Assembly (NCBI GenBank): GCA_024626585.2
Contig: JANKJI020000001.1
Span: 6,080,878-6,101,610, forward strand
Direction: 5' to 3'
Source: Ginkgo biloba
Taxonomy: Eukaryota > Plantae > Ginkgophyta
DNA: 20,733 nucleotides
Shown here: piece after piece, positions 12,722 through 20,733 of the stretch
Position numbering within the stretch: position 1 is the first letter of the stretch
How the letters are laid out: the number at the start of each line of letters is the position of its first letter
Notes under the pieces: model-generated
What the model was told of the DNA's origin: nothing
The model's input: the letters and a program-made list of their open reading frames with translations, nothing else
Databases searched by the model: none
Position numbers and translations under genes: made by a program

Positions 12722-13450
12722 CCAGGCCTCGTGCTCTACAGTGATAGTTGAAAGCACCAAACATGGTCAGATAATTACAAATTGCAACAAGGCCAGAGGC
12801 ATGAGCAGTGAAAACAGACAAGCAAAACACAAGCTCAACAAAAGTTCAAAACCTTGTACGTACAATACATGAACAAAAAGACTACACATGGGACATGCTG
12901 CTCTTGTATGATTTTTCATATTTTGCCAATTGCGAGCTGGGGAGTCAAACTCTGCCATTTCCCCATCGAATCAACACAGATTGTAGGTCCCTCTAAATTT
13001 TGTCCAAAACATGATCAGAAGTTACAGTTCCAGCATTGCAGGAAATTCCATCCAAATACAAAATTATAGCTATAACAAAACAATCTCCAATGTGAAATCC
13101 AGGCCTCATGTTCTAGAGTGATAGTTAAAACACACCAACATATAATCAGATAATTTTGACTTGCAAATGCACCCAAATGGCTGCCCAAGGCAGTGAAACA
13201 CAGCTTTTGCCCATTCACAAGCTAAAGAAAGTTCAAACCTCGAAGGTACTATAGAGATTTATAAACAGACCACAATGCACATGCTGTTGCCATGTGATTT
13301 TTCATGCTCTGGCAATGGTGGGCTGCAGGAGCAAAACTCTGCCATTGCCCCACAGATCCTAGGGAGCTTGTAAGTCCCTTCAAATTGTCCCAAACAAAAC
13401 TAGAGTTGCAACAAAGTTGATAATGCAGACAATTTCATCCAAGTCAAAAA
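12722..13450. repeat. Diverged tandem duplication, period about 377 bp
   Basis: The blocks ccaggcctc.tg.tcta.agtgatagtt, tcagataatt, aaagttcaaa, acatgctg, tgatttttcat and aaactctgccatt recur in the same order from 12722 and from 13099. Confidence 0.85.
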
Positions 13451-14430
13451 CAAGCCATTAGTTTTGACTCAAACAATTGCTATGCATAAAATCTTCTTTG
13501 CCAGAACATTATCTAATTGCTAGAGGCTAGGCTAGGCAACTCAAATCATGATAATAGAAAAAGTTCAACACAAACAAACACCATAACATGCCAGATTTGA
13601 TATTAAAACACGAGAAAAATGACTGTCATCTCAGATTCAAATGGTTTCAAAACTGACCTGAAACCCTTGGCAACTATGCTTCCCCCGATTTATGCTTGCA
13701 TTTATGTTCATCAAAGACAATATCCTGGTCTGGATTTATTAGGACAATATTTTCAAAACCAAATATGTTAGAAGTGGCCTTTAACTCCCCAAACAGCAGC
13801 CACTAGCTTATTGATGACACCCAATTTCAAATTCAAAAAAGAAATACGAACTCCCATGCATGCAAAAGTGTTTAGTATTATAATAGTGTTGTCTCAGTAC
13901 TAGCTATCCCAGAGTATACTTGGGATCAAAAGCTCTACAATTGCAGCAATGTAATTCTCCAACTAATGAAAACTTGTCAGTTGTCACCTTATACAATTAA
14001 TAGCTAACACAANNNNNNNNNNNNNNAATGAAAATTTTGCCACGTATATATAATGGCTCGTAGTGATTTATTTGGTATTATACACAGGTTTAAAGATAAT
14101 GCAAGAGCCCACCTTCGCATAATTATCAGAGACTGAAGGGCTGGGAGCCATTGCTGTAAGTGCGTCCACCATACACATCTAACACAACTTTTTTAACTTC
14201 ATTTTTATATTGGTATCAATCACATGAGACAAAATGAGCTAATGTGTACAAGCGGCAAGCTTGCAAGTCAAAATTTCCTTAACCTGCACCTCTTGTTCAA
14301 AAATCACCTTTCAGGAGATTTTTGAATTTTACAAACTTGTACATACAGTAGATATGTCAGCAGGCATTGGCTGTATGCACAAGGTGGCAACATCGAGACT
14401 TACATATGAATATTTTTGTGTATTGAAGCC

Positions 14431-14490
14431 TCATGATACTGTGCGTCCGTAACAAACAGAAGCAATATAAAGATTCTTGGCCCACTTTTC
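14431..14490 (-). CDS. MLK: MLK last coding exon: EKWAKNLYIASVCYGRTVS-stop
   Basis: TGCAG| acceptor, 60 nt, TGA at 14431-14433. Typical MLK C-terminus (YGRTV). Confidence 0.95.
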   Translation of the reverse strand, partial: EKWAKNLYIASVCYGRTVS

Positions 14491-14587
14491 CTGCAAGAAC
14501 AAAAACTGTCAGATGTCTTGCAACAATATCAAATGCCAACCTGAAAGTTATGAAAAGCAAAGTTATGAAAAGCCAACTATGCTCTAC

Positions 14588-14776
14588 CTTGACATGAGTA
14601 CTAGGAAATGCAGAAGTGCGAAGAGTTTCCTGAGTTTCATCCGTAGGTTTTCGCCTAGGAACACTCAGAACAAATGCAGCCTGGTCCCACGTTGCTGCAG
14701 TTGCAGTGATGCGATACCCACCATCCCAACGCCGGTGGATACCCTCACTAGGATATAAAAAATCAAGCTCCACAAC
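14588..14776 (-). CDS. MLK: MLK exon: VVELDFLYPSEGIHRRWDGGYRITATAATWDQAAFVLSVPRRKPTDETQETLRTSAFPSTHVK
   Basis: TGCAG| acceptor, 189 nt, AAG|GTAGA donor. Confidence 0.95.
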
Positions 14777-14875
14777 CTGCAATATAAATACTAGCCGTTA
14801 CCATAATCAACCAATGAAAAATTCATAAAAGTACCACAACAGAGAATACAATTTTTCTATAGCAACATCACTTGC

Positions 14876-15033
14876 CTGATCTGAAAACCCTGCATTGCGA
14901 GACATAACAACGCCCCATCGACTTCCTGCAGTGGCCATAGAAGTGACAAAGAAGCCCTCTCTCCACTTTTTGTTTATCCACTTGAATGGAAAAGAATCAC
15001 TGACCTTGTAAGATTGCTGTGTGTACTGTGTAC
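14876..15033 (-). CDS. MLK: MLK exon: TQYTQQSYKVSDSFPFKWINKKWREGFFVTSMATAGSRWGVVMSRNAGFSDQ
   Basis: TTCAG| acceptor, 158 nt, non-canonical CAG|GCAAGT donor at 14875. Confidence 0.93.
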
Positions 15034-15150
15034 CTGAAAGTCGTAAAGATTTGGCAATCAAAACTCCCAACTTTAACACATGCAATTAAACCTCTACTCA
15101 GTAAAGAAGCAATTTAATCCAATCATATTAGCATACACTTCCAAGCTGAC

Positions 15151-15241
15151 CTTTAGACATTACTACCAAAGAGCTCCCATTGTTGGCCCCTGCAATTGCA
15201 CTAATGTAATAGTTTTTTTCCCATTGTTCCATAATCCATTC
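15151..15241 (-). CDS. MLK: MLK exon: EWIMEQWEKNYYISAIAGANNGSSLVVMSK(G)
   Basis: CTAG| acceptor, 91 nt, G|GTCAG donor. Confidence 0.95.
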
Positions 15242-15361
15242 CTAGATGTAAAATCAGCAAATACAATAACCAGTCAGTAAGCAATAGCCAAAGAAGACAA
15301 ATGCACCACGGACTATATTAATAGATTTAAACAAGTCACATAAAGCACATGCAGAGCTAAC

Positions 15362-15536
15362 CTTGTGAAGAAAATACTGAGACAACTCATAAACTTGTGC
15401 AGTGAAACCAGTTCCTGCATCCATTATGAGAGCCCACAGATTTGTACAAGAAGCCACACTACTTATAAATAGACCATCTTCATTTCCTTTCTCAACATGC
15501 TGTGCAAGCCTTGTATCCGCCACATTATAGTGATAT
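15362..15536 (-). CDS. MLK: MLK exon: YHYNVADTRLAQHVEKGNEDGLFISSVASCTNLWALIMDAGTGFTAQVYELSQYFLHK
   Basis: TCAG| acceptor, 175 nt, AAG|GTTAG donor. Phases match both neighbours. Confidence 0.95.
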
Positions 15537-15840
15537 CTGACACAAGATGATGAAAGAGACATACATTTCAGACTTATGTTTTAAAGGCAATGGCAAAAAT
15601 AAACAAAGATCCAATTAATAAGCTAAGAAATTATTTTGAATATCAAGCGCTATAGTCTTAACAAAGCAGGCTCTTGTATTCTATACACTTCCAAACTAAA
15701 TAGTTTGTGCAACTAAAGAAAGCACTATAGATTCCTAATGAAATGATCAATAAACAAGAGACAAAAATAAATATCAAAAAGTGGAAAACTAAACCCTAAA
15801 ACACAAACAAACTTGAAATTTTAATTGCACAAACGGGTAC

Positions 15841-15971
15841 CTCTGTTTCATGGGCCGCCGGGCATTGTAAACACTGATCCATTGTGTAGCTGGCATACCC
15901 AGCCGGACCTTCTTCTTTGGCTGCTCATCATCCTCTTCCTCCATGGTCAACCTACCTCGCTTTTGGCCAAC
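15841..15971 (-). CDS. MLK: MLK exon: [43 protein letters not shown](R)
   Basis: Intact frame ending AG|GTACCC donor at 15840. No AG acceptor at the 5' side; it is fused directly to the processed copy. The 5' boundary is inferred from the usual MLK exon structure. Confidence 0.85.
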
Positions 15972-16489
15972 CATTAGAGCACCATCTGTATTTATCGGCC
16001 TGACTGCCGGATTTGGACCAATAATGCCATCAAAAAGTGAAATTAATTTCGCATAGTTTGGCTCCTCGTCAAATTTCAAATTCACAACAAATTCAATAAA
16101 TTGCTTGAATTGACGTGGACAAAAGCATCATAACATCTCCAGAGATGTGTCCATTTGTTTTTTTCGCAAAACGAGGAACCCCTTATTGTCACCCTAGTAA
16201 CCCTGTCAGGGCAGACGCCGTCAAAGAAGAAATATAAGTGTATATGCAAGATATTCCAAATCATCTCTCCTACTTCCATTTCTTCCTAAATTAGCATGTA
16301 CACTAGCGTATCGAATAGTTCCCCTAAAAACGTTCCATCTTTGATCATAGTCTACGTGTAGGCCAGGTGAGCTATCCCTCCATCTTGTTGCTAATCCAAC
16401 AACAATAATTTATTTTCATCCGTTGTCCCAAGTCGATCACAAGAAATATATTTTCGGGCTTCACATCCCCATGAACATAACCTCTAGAG
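15972..16489 (-). pseudogene. MLK: Processed (intronless) degenerate copy of MLK kinase-domain m[16 protein letters not shown]...[10 protein letters not shown]
   Basis: 16338-16480 duplicates genomic exons 18445-18539 and 18283-18335, with the intron precisely removed at 16390/16391. The upstream exon end (SRG) is joined at 16480/16481. It continues uninterrupted as [58 protein letters not shown]. Stops lie at 16221-23, 16206-08, 16194-96 and 16128-30, and indels (net -5 nt) destroy the DLG motif. Confidence 0.9.
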
Positions 16490-16683
16490 GATCGTTGATG
16501 CACTAAGAGGTCGTCAAAGGTACGTGCAATGATTAGTCTCTACAGCGTGACTCTGCCGAGCTAATATATGTTTTTTTTTTTCTNNNNNNNNNNNNNNNNN
16601 NNNNNNNNNNNNNNNNNNNNNNNNNNNNNNNNNNNNNNNNNNNNNNNNNNNNNNNNNNNNNNNNNNNNNNNNNNNNNNNNNNN

Positions 16684-18282
16684 AAAATATGTCATCCTAA
16701 TTAGATAATCCATGATGTCATCCATCCTTGGCATCATAAATCTAAACTTGATAGTTATCCAGTTCATAGATCTAGAGTCTACACACATCTGCCAAGTCCC
16801 ATCTTTATTTTGTGCCAACAATACTGGGGTTGTACATGGGCTTAAGCTTTCTTGAATGAATTCCTTCTCCAACAACTAGTGCACTTATCAATTTATCTCT
16901 TAATTCTCTATCAGACTTAATCTATATTCTTCTTGATTTGTTAGGATTAATCTAGGGATCAAGTCAATTTGATGTGCAATTACTCTATCTAGTGAAAAAC
17001 TAATAGGTAATTCTTTTGGAGTGACATCCCTATATTATGTCAGTAATATTTTCACTTCCACCAGAATCTATGCTTGTCGTTCTTCTTCCACCTATTTTTC
17101 TATTAAATCATAGCATGTGATTGTGACTTTCAAACTCTTCATGAATTATTTTATTGAAATAATTACCTATGTTATCCCATCTTCTTTCATTGGCCATAGT
17201 GTGAAATTCCTTTCATCCTTGTCAAAGGTGTAAATGTTCCTTCTTCCATCGTACACTACTTGTCGGTTGAACTGCCATGACCTTCCCAATAATAAGTGAC
17301 ATGCATCCATCGACACCATGTCACACCACATTTGGTATTGATAGTTTCCTATATAGAATGCTACAATACATTTCTCCTTGATGTTGATCTAGCCTCCCTT
17401 CTTGAACCACAAGATTTTGTATGGTATTCCATATCATTGTGGGTGCAATCCTAACTTTTAGACACTGTATTCTCATAATTACCTTCATTGATGATCACAT
17501 CATAACCTTTTCCTCACATCACTCTCTTTGCTCCAAGTTGATTATAGGTACCTAACTGTCATTGACATCTTCTCTAGTGTCTGTTAGTTGGCTTTCTTGT
17601 ATGTCAACCATCTTCCCTTTATATTTTTTTGGCTGTTGCTCTTACCATCTCCTTCTAGATATTGGATTCTTGTCTAATGACAACAACATCCTTTGAGTTG
17701 TTAACATCTTCGACTTGTCAGTTGCCATAGGCTCAGGCTTTGCCTCTTCAGACCAAGTTGGCTCTTGGCTCCTCAGGACTTGGTATGTCGTCATTCCTCC
17801 TTGGACATTCAAATGCTTGGTGACCTTCCATACCACATTTNNNNNNNNNNNNNNNNNNNNNNNNNNNNNNNNNNNNNNNNNNNNNNNNNNNNNNNNNNNN
17901 NNNNNNNNNNNNTCCTCTTGCTCGATAAGCATTAAATTTGCCTCTTGGCCTCGACGGTGCGTCCCGCCCATACCTTGTAGTAGTCTTATCCCTTGAGCTA
18001 CCTTCACCATTCCATCTCTTAATATTTCTTCCTTGCTTTTGATATGACGTTCCTACTTCTTCGACGAATGGTCTCTTCCTTGTGTTTCTAGCTAGCTTTT
18101 CTTCGGCCTTTAATGCTAGCTGATAGGCTTTGAATAGGATAATTCAAACCATTCACATACCTCGCTGCCAGCTACTCTTCACATTAGTCATGTCCACTTC
18201 GGATGGATAGTCTAAAGAATTCGTCGGTGTACATGGGTACACTTCTGTATCATTGTCTTAGGTTTTGAAATTCTTGGAACAG
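16684..18282 (-). mobile_element. Decayed Ty3/gypsy retrotransposon internal fragment, CRM-like (gag, CCHC knuckle, aspartic protease, start of RT); no LTR visible
   Basis: gag: LFQEFQNLRQ*YRSVPMYTDEFFRLSIR...LAARYVNGL...AYQLALKAEEKL. Knuckle: KCGMEGHQAFECP (~17800-17840). Protease: PYKILWFKKGG...MWCDMVSMDACHLLLGRSWQFNR (~17200-17430). RT: LEKEFIQESLSPCTTPVLLAQNKDGTWQMCVDSRSMNWITIKFRFMMPRMDDIMD (16684-16875). Many stops and frameshifts. Confidence 0.9.
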
Positions 18283-18335
18283 TCTTTGATCATAGTCTAC
18301 ATGCAGGCCAGTCGAGCTGTCCCTCCATCTTGTTG
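18283..18335 (-). CDS. MLK: Truncated MLK exon [18 protein letters not shown], fused in frame to Ty3 gag (LFQEFQNLRQ-stop at 18250-18252)
   Basis: TGCAG| acceptor at 18336-18337. The expected continuation PDVFR and its donor are absent; the sequence switches to gag at about 18282. Confidence 0.9.
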
Positions 18336-18444
18336 CTGCATACCCAACCAGATCAAACAAACAAAATAAGAGAAGACCAAGACAATAGCCTCTGGACAGA
18401 AATTCTAACATGAAACTTGAATCTAAAATCAGCAGAGAACTCAC

Positions 18445-18539
18445 CTAATCCAAGATCAACAAGGAACAATTTCTTTTCATCCACTGTCCCAGGTGGACCA
18501 AGCAAAAAATTTTCAGGCTTCACATCCCCATGAACATAA
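18445..18539 (-). CDS. MLK: MLK exon: [31 protein letters not shown] (catalytic loop and DLG motif)
   Basis: TGCAG| acceptor at 18540-18541, 95 nt, G|GTGAGT donor at 18444. No stops. Confidence 0.95.
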
Positions 18540-19857
18540 CTGCATTGAACTTTAAAAAAATAAGAAAATAAAATATTTTTGGCACAAGCAACAGAACAGA
18601 ATCTCTAAAACTTCGCTTTATAGCATGTCTATGGAAGATTGGAAATGTTATCAGAAGTGGAACTTTATTTTTCCACGAGAGAAATAAAAACAAAAGAATA
18701 GTTTTAGATCATACCNNNNNNNNNNNNNNNNNNNNNNNNNNNNNNNNNNNNNNNNNNNNNNNNNNNNNNNNNNNNNNNNNNNNNNNNNNNNNNNNNNNNN
18801 NNNNNNNNNNNNNNNNNNNNNNNNNNNNNNNNNNNNNNNNNNNNNNNNNNNNNNNNNNNNNNNNNNNNNNNNNNNNNNNNNNNNNNNNNNNNNNNNNNNN
18901 NNNNNNNNNNNNNNNNNNNNNNNNNNNNNNNNNNNNNNNNNNNNNNNNNNNNNNNNNNNNNNNNNNNNNNNNNNNNNNNNNNNNNNNNNNNNNNNNNNNN
19001 NNNNNNNNNNNNNNNNNNNNNNNNNNNNNNNNNNNNNNNNNNNNNNNNNNNNNNNNNNNNNNNNNNNNNNNNNNNNNNNNNNNNNNNNNNNNNNNNNNNN
19101 NNNNNNNNNNNNNNNNNNNNNNNNNNNNNNNNNNNNNNNNNNNNNNNNNNNNNNNNNNNNNNNNNNNNNNNNNNNNNNNNNNNNNNNNNNNNNNNNNNNN
19201 NNNNNNNNNNNNNNNNNNNNNNNNNNNNNNNNNNNNNNNNNNNNNNNNNNNNNNNNNNNNNNNNNNNNNNNNNNNNNNNNNNNNNNNNNNNNNNNNNNNN
19301 NNNNNNNNNNNNNNNNNNNNNNNNTATTGTATGATCCAAGTACACTATGAGGCTCACACAACCTTGCAATTTCATTGGAACTAAAGATAATACGCAACAA
19401 CTTATACCAATACAATCCAAATATTTGTGCTGATTCAACCCATAAAAAATTGTACCAACCGAGCTCATAAGATTTACACTGAAATTTTTTTTGTATTATT
19501 TTTATCCAATAAAATTGACTCCAATGGAGAATCACTGAATTGTTTAGATATAGTATACATATTTATTCTATTTCTAATAAATTTACCATCTACCCATATG
19601 TATGACCAAATCTAAAATTTAATTGAATNNNNNNNNNNNNNNNNNNNNNNNNNTAAAAATTTTATCAATCCAATTCAAAAATGAATGGCTGACTGGTTGA
19701 ATGCATACATAATTGTTGTTAACTCAATATTTATTATTTACCTATCAGATCAGAATATTGTTGAAAAGCACTTTGATTTTCCAAAGGATTTCAAATATTT
19801 ATTTATTTCTACTGTAAGTCATCTTTGTTGTGGAACAGTTTTTTTCTTATACACATA

Positions 19858-20248
19858 ATATGTGCATGTATATATATATGAATATTTATATATANNNNNN
19901 NNNNNNNNNATATATATATAAATGTTTGTATGTGTATGTGTGTGTGCGCACGCACATATGCACCATGTAAAATGCAAATGTGTGTGAGCCTTGTGTAGAT
20001 TATGTATATGTGTGCGTGTGCACACATGTAATAAATATGCAAATGTTTATATGTGTGCAGTGTGTAGATAAGTGGGTATGTGTGTATGTTTGTGCATATG
20101 TCTATACAAAGAAGTATAGATATGTATCTACTTGTATACACATGTATGTCAATGCATTTACATATAGAACGGTTGAGTTTTGTTTTTTTTTGGAGATGGG
20201 GTGTGGTTGTGTGTGTGTGAGAGAGAGAGAGGGGGGGGGAAGAGAGAA
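19858..20248. repeat. Intronic microsatellite / low-complexity tract (TA, TG, GA, poly-G)
   Basis: Runs of tatata, tgtgtg, gagaga and ggggggg inside the MLK intron. Confidence 0.85.
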
Positions 20249-20462
20249 CATGTAAACATGAAGATTATGAAACAGACAACAGCATAGGCACCACCAACTG
20301 TAAATAAATGCATAAAAGACAACAAAATACANNNNNNNNNNNNNNNNNNNNNNNAGAAACAAGAAGGAATAGTGGAAGACATTTCAATGAGAATGAGTAA
20401 CCATACCAAAAACAATAAGAAACAGATAATTCCTAACTACATCAAAAATGAAAGAGACATAC

Positions 20463-20536
20463 TTGTAAACTTGCCACTCATATGGGGGACCATAATTGCA
20501 TCCTTTGCTTGTTCTGTGTTCAAACTTTAGAGCAAC
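20463..20536 (-). CDS. MLK: MLK exon: [24 protein letters not shown](N), containing the catalytic lysine
   Basis: CTAG| acceptor at 20537-20538, 74 nt, AA|GTATG donor at 20462. Confidence 0.95.
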
Positions 20537-20679
20537 CTAGCACCATGTTCATCAAAATATCAAAATAATTCTTTTCACAATAAGAAGACCTTAAAGGGGA
20601 AACAATGTTTTTGCAAAATGGCACTGATTTTCATCAAGAAGAAATTTGACAAGACATAATGATGAAATTATTATTGTAC

Positions 20680-20733
20680 CTCAACAGCCCCAGGACCAGT
20701 AGTTCTATCAGTGGGACCAGATATACGACGACC
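20680..20733 (-). CDS. MLK: MLK exon (partial, cut by window end): GRRISGPTDRTTGPGAVE
   Basis: 18 codons matching the segment that follows the glycine-rich loop in MLKs. Ends GAG|GTAC donor at 20679, phase 0, matching the next exon. Confidence 0.9.

Larger units (their letters stand above)
14431..20733 (-). other. MLK: MUT9-like kinase (MLK/PPK/AEL; casein kinase 1-like HD16/EL1 family) gene locus, 5' end outside the window, central part replaced by a Ty3 fragment plus a processed copy
   Basis: Exons translate to family-diagnostic peptides in the correct order with phase-compatible splice sites: [125 protein letters not shown]-stop. Confidence 0.95.

Noticed and set aside
14261-15280. Plus-strand ORFs 14261-14452, 14477-14758 and 15080-15280
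   Set aside because: Antisense shadows of MLK exons or the 3' UTR, with no recognisable protein features.
16571-16581. T-run considered as the poly(A) tail of the processed MLK copy
   Set aside because: It lies at the 5' side of the minus-strand retrocopy, not the 3' side, and abuts a gap.
16338-18335. The duplicated kinase sequence on both sides of the CRM fragment considered as LTRs or a target-site duplication
   Set aside because: One copy is spliced and diverged, there are no TG...CA ends, PBS or PPT, and it is far longer than a 5-bp Ty3 TSD.
19809-20415. His/Ile/Tyr- and Cys/Val-rich ORFs
   Set aside because: These are translations of TA/TG/GA microsatellites within an MLK intron.

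Overview
AT-rich land-plant genomic DNA from a fragmented assembly. It has many N runs, five of them exactly 100 N (3266-3365, 4460-4559, 5755-5854, 7170-7269, 16584-16683), probably placeholder gaps of unknown size. The main gene is a minus-strand MUT9-like kinase (MLK/PPK/AEL, casein kinase 1-like, HD16/EL1 family) running from beyond the window end to a stop at 14431. Its 5' exons and six 3' exons are intact with clean splice sites, including one GC-AG intron. Its middle is abnormal. The exon [18 protein letters not shown] runs in frame into the gag of a decayed, LTR-less CRM-type Ty3/gypsy element (gag, zinc knuckle, protease, RT start). After a 100-N gap comes a spliced, stop-ridden processed copy of the kinase mRNA, which merges seamlessly into the intact intron-containing 3' half. 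This is either a retroelement/cDNA-mediated replacement of part of a host gene or an assembly chimera; the sequence alone cannot decide. The left half is TE-rich. It holds an orphan SERRATE zinc-finger exon fragment upstream of a Helitron-like 3' end, a decayed coiled-coil ORF, a Ty3 integrase fragment, a Reina/Tekay-like Ty3 element with PBS and LTR edge, and two diverged ~350-380 bp tandem duplications. All family assignments come from recognising motifs by eye, not from database searches.
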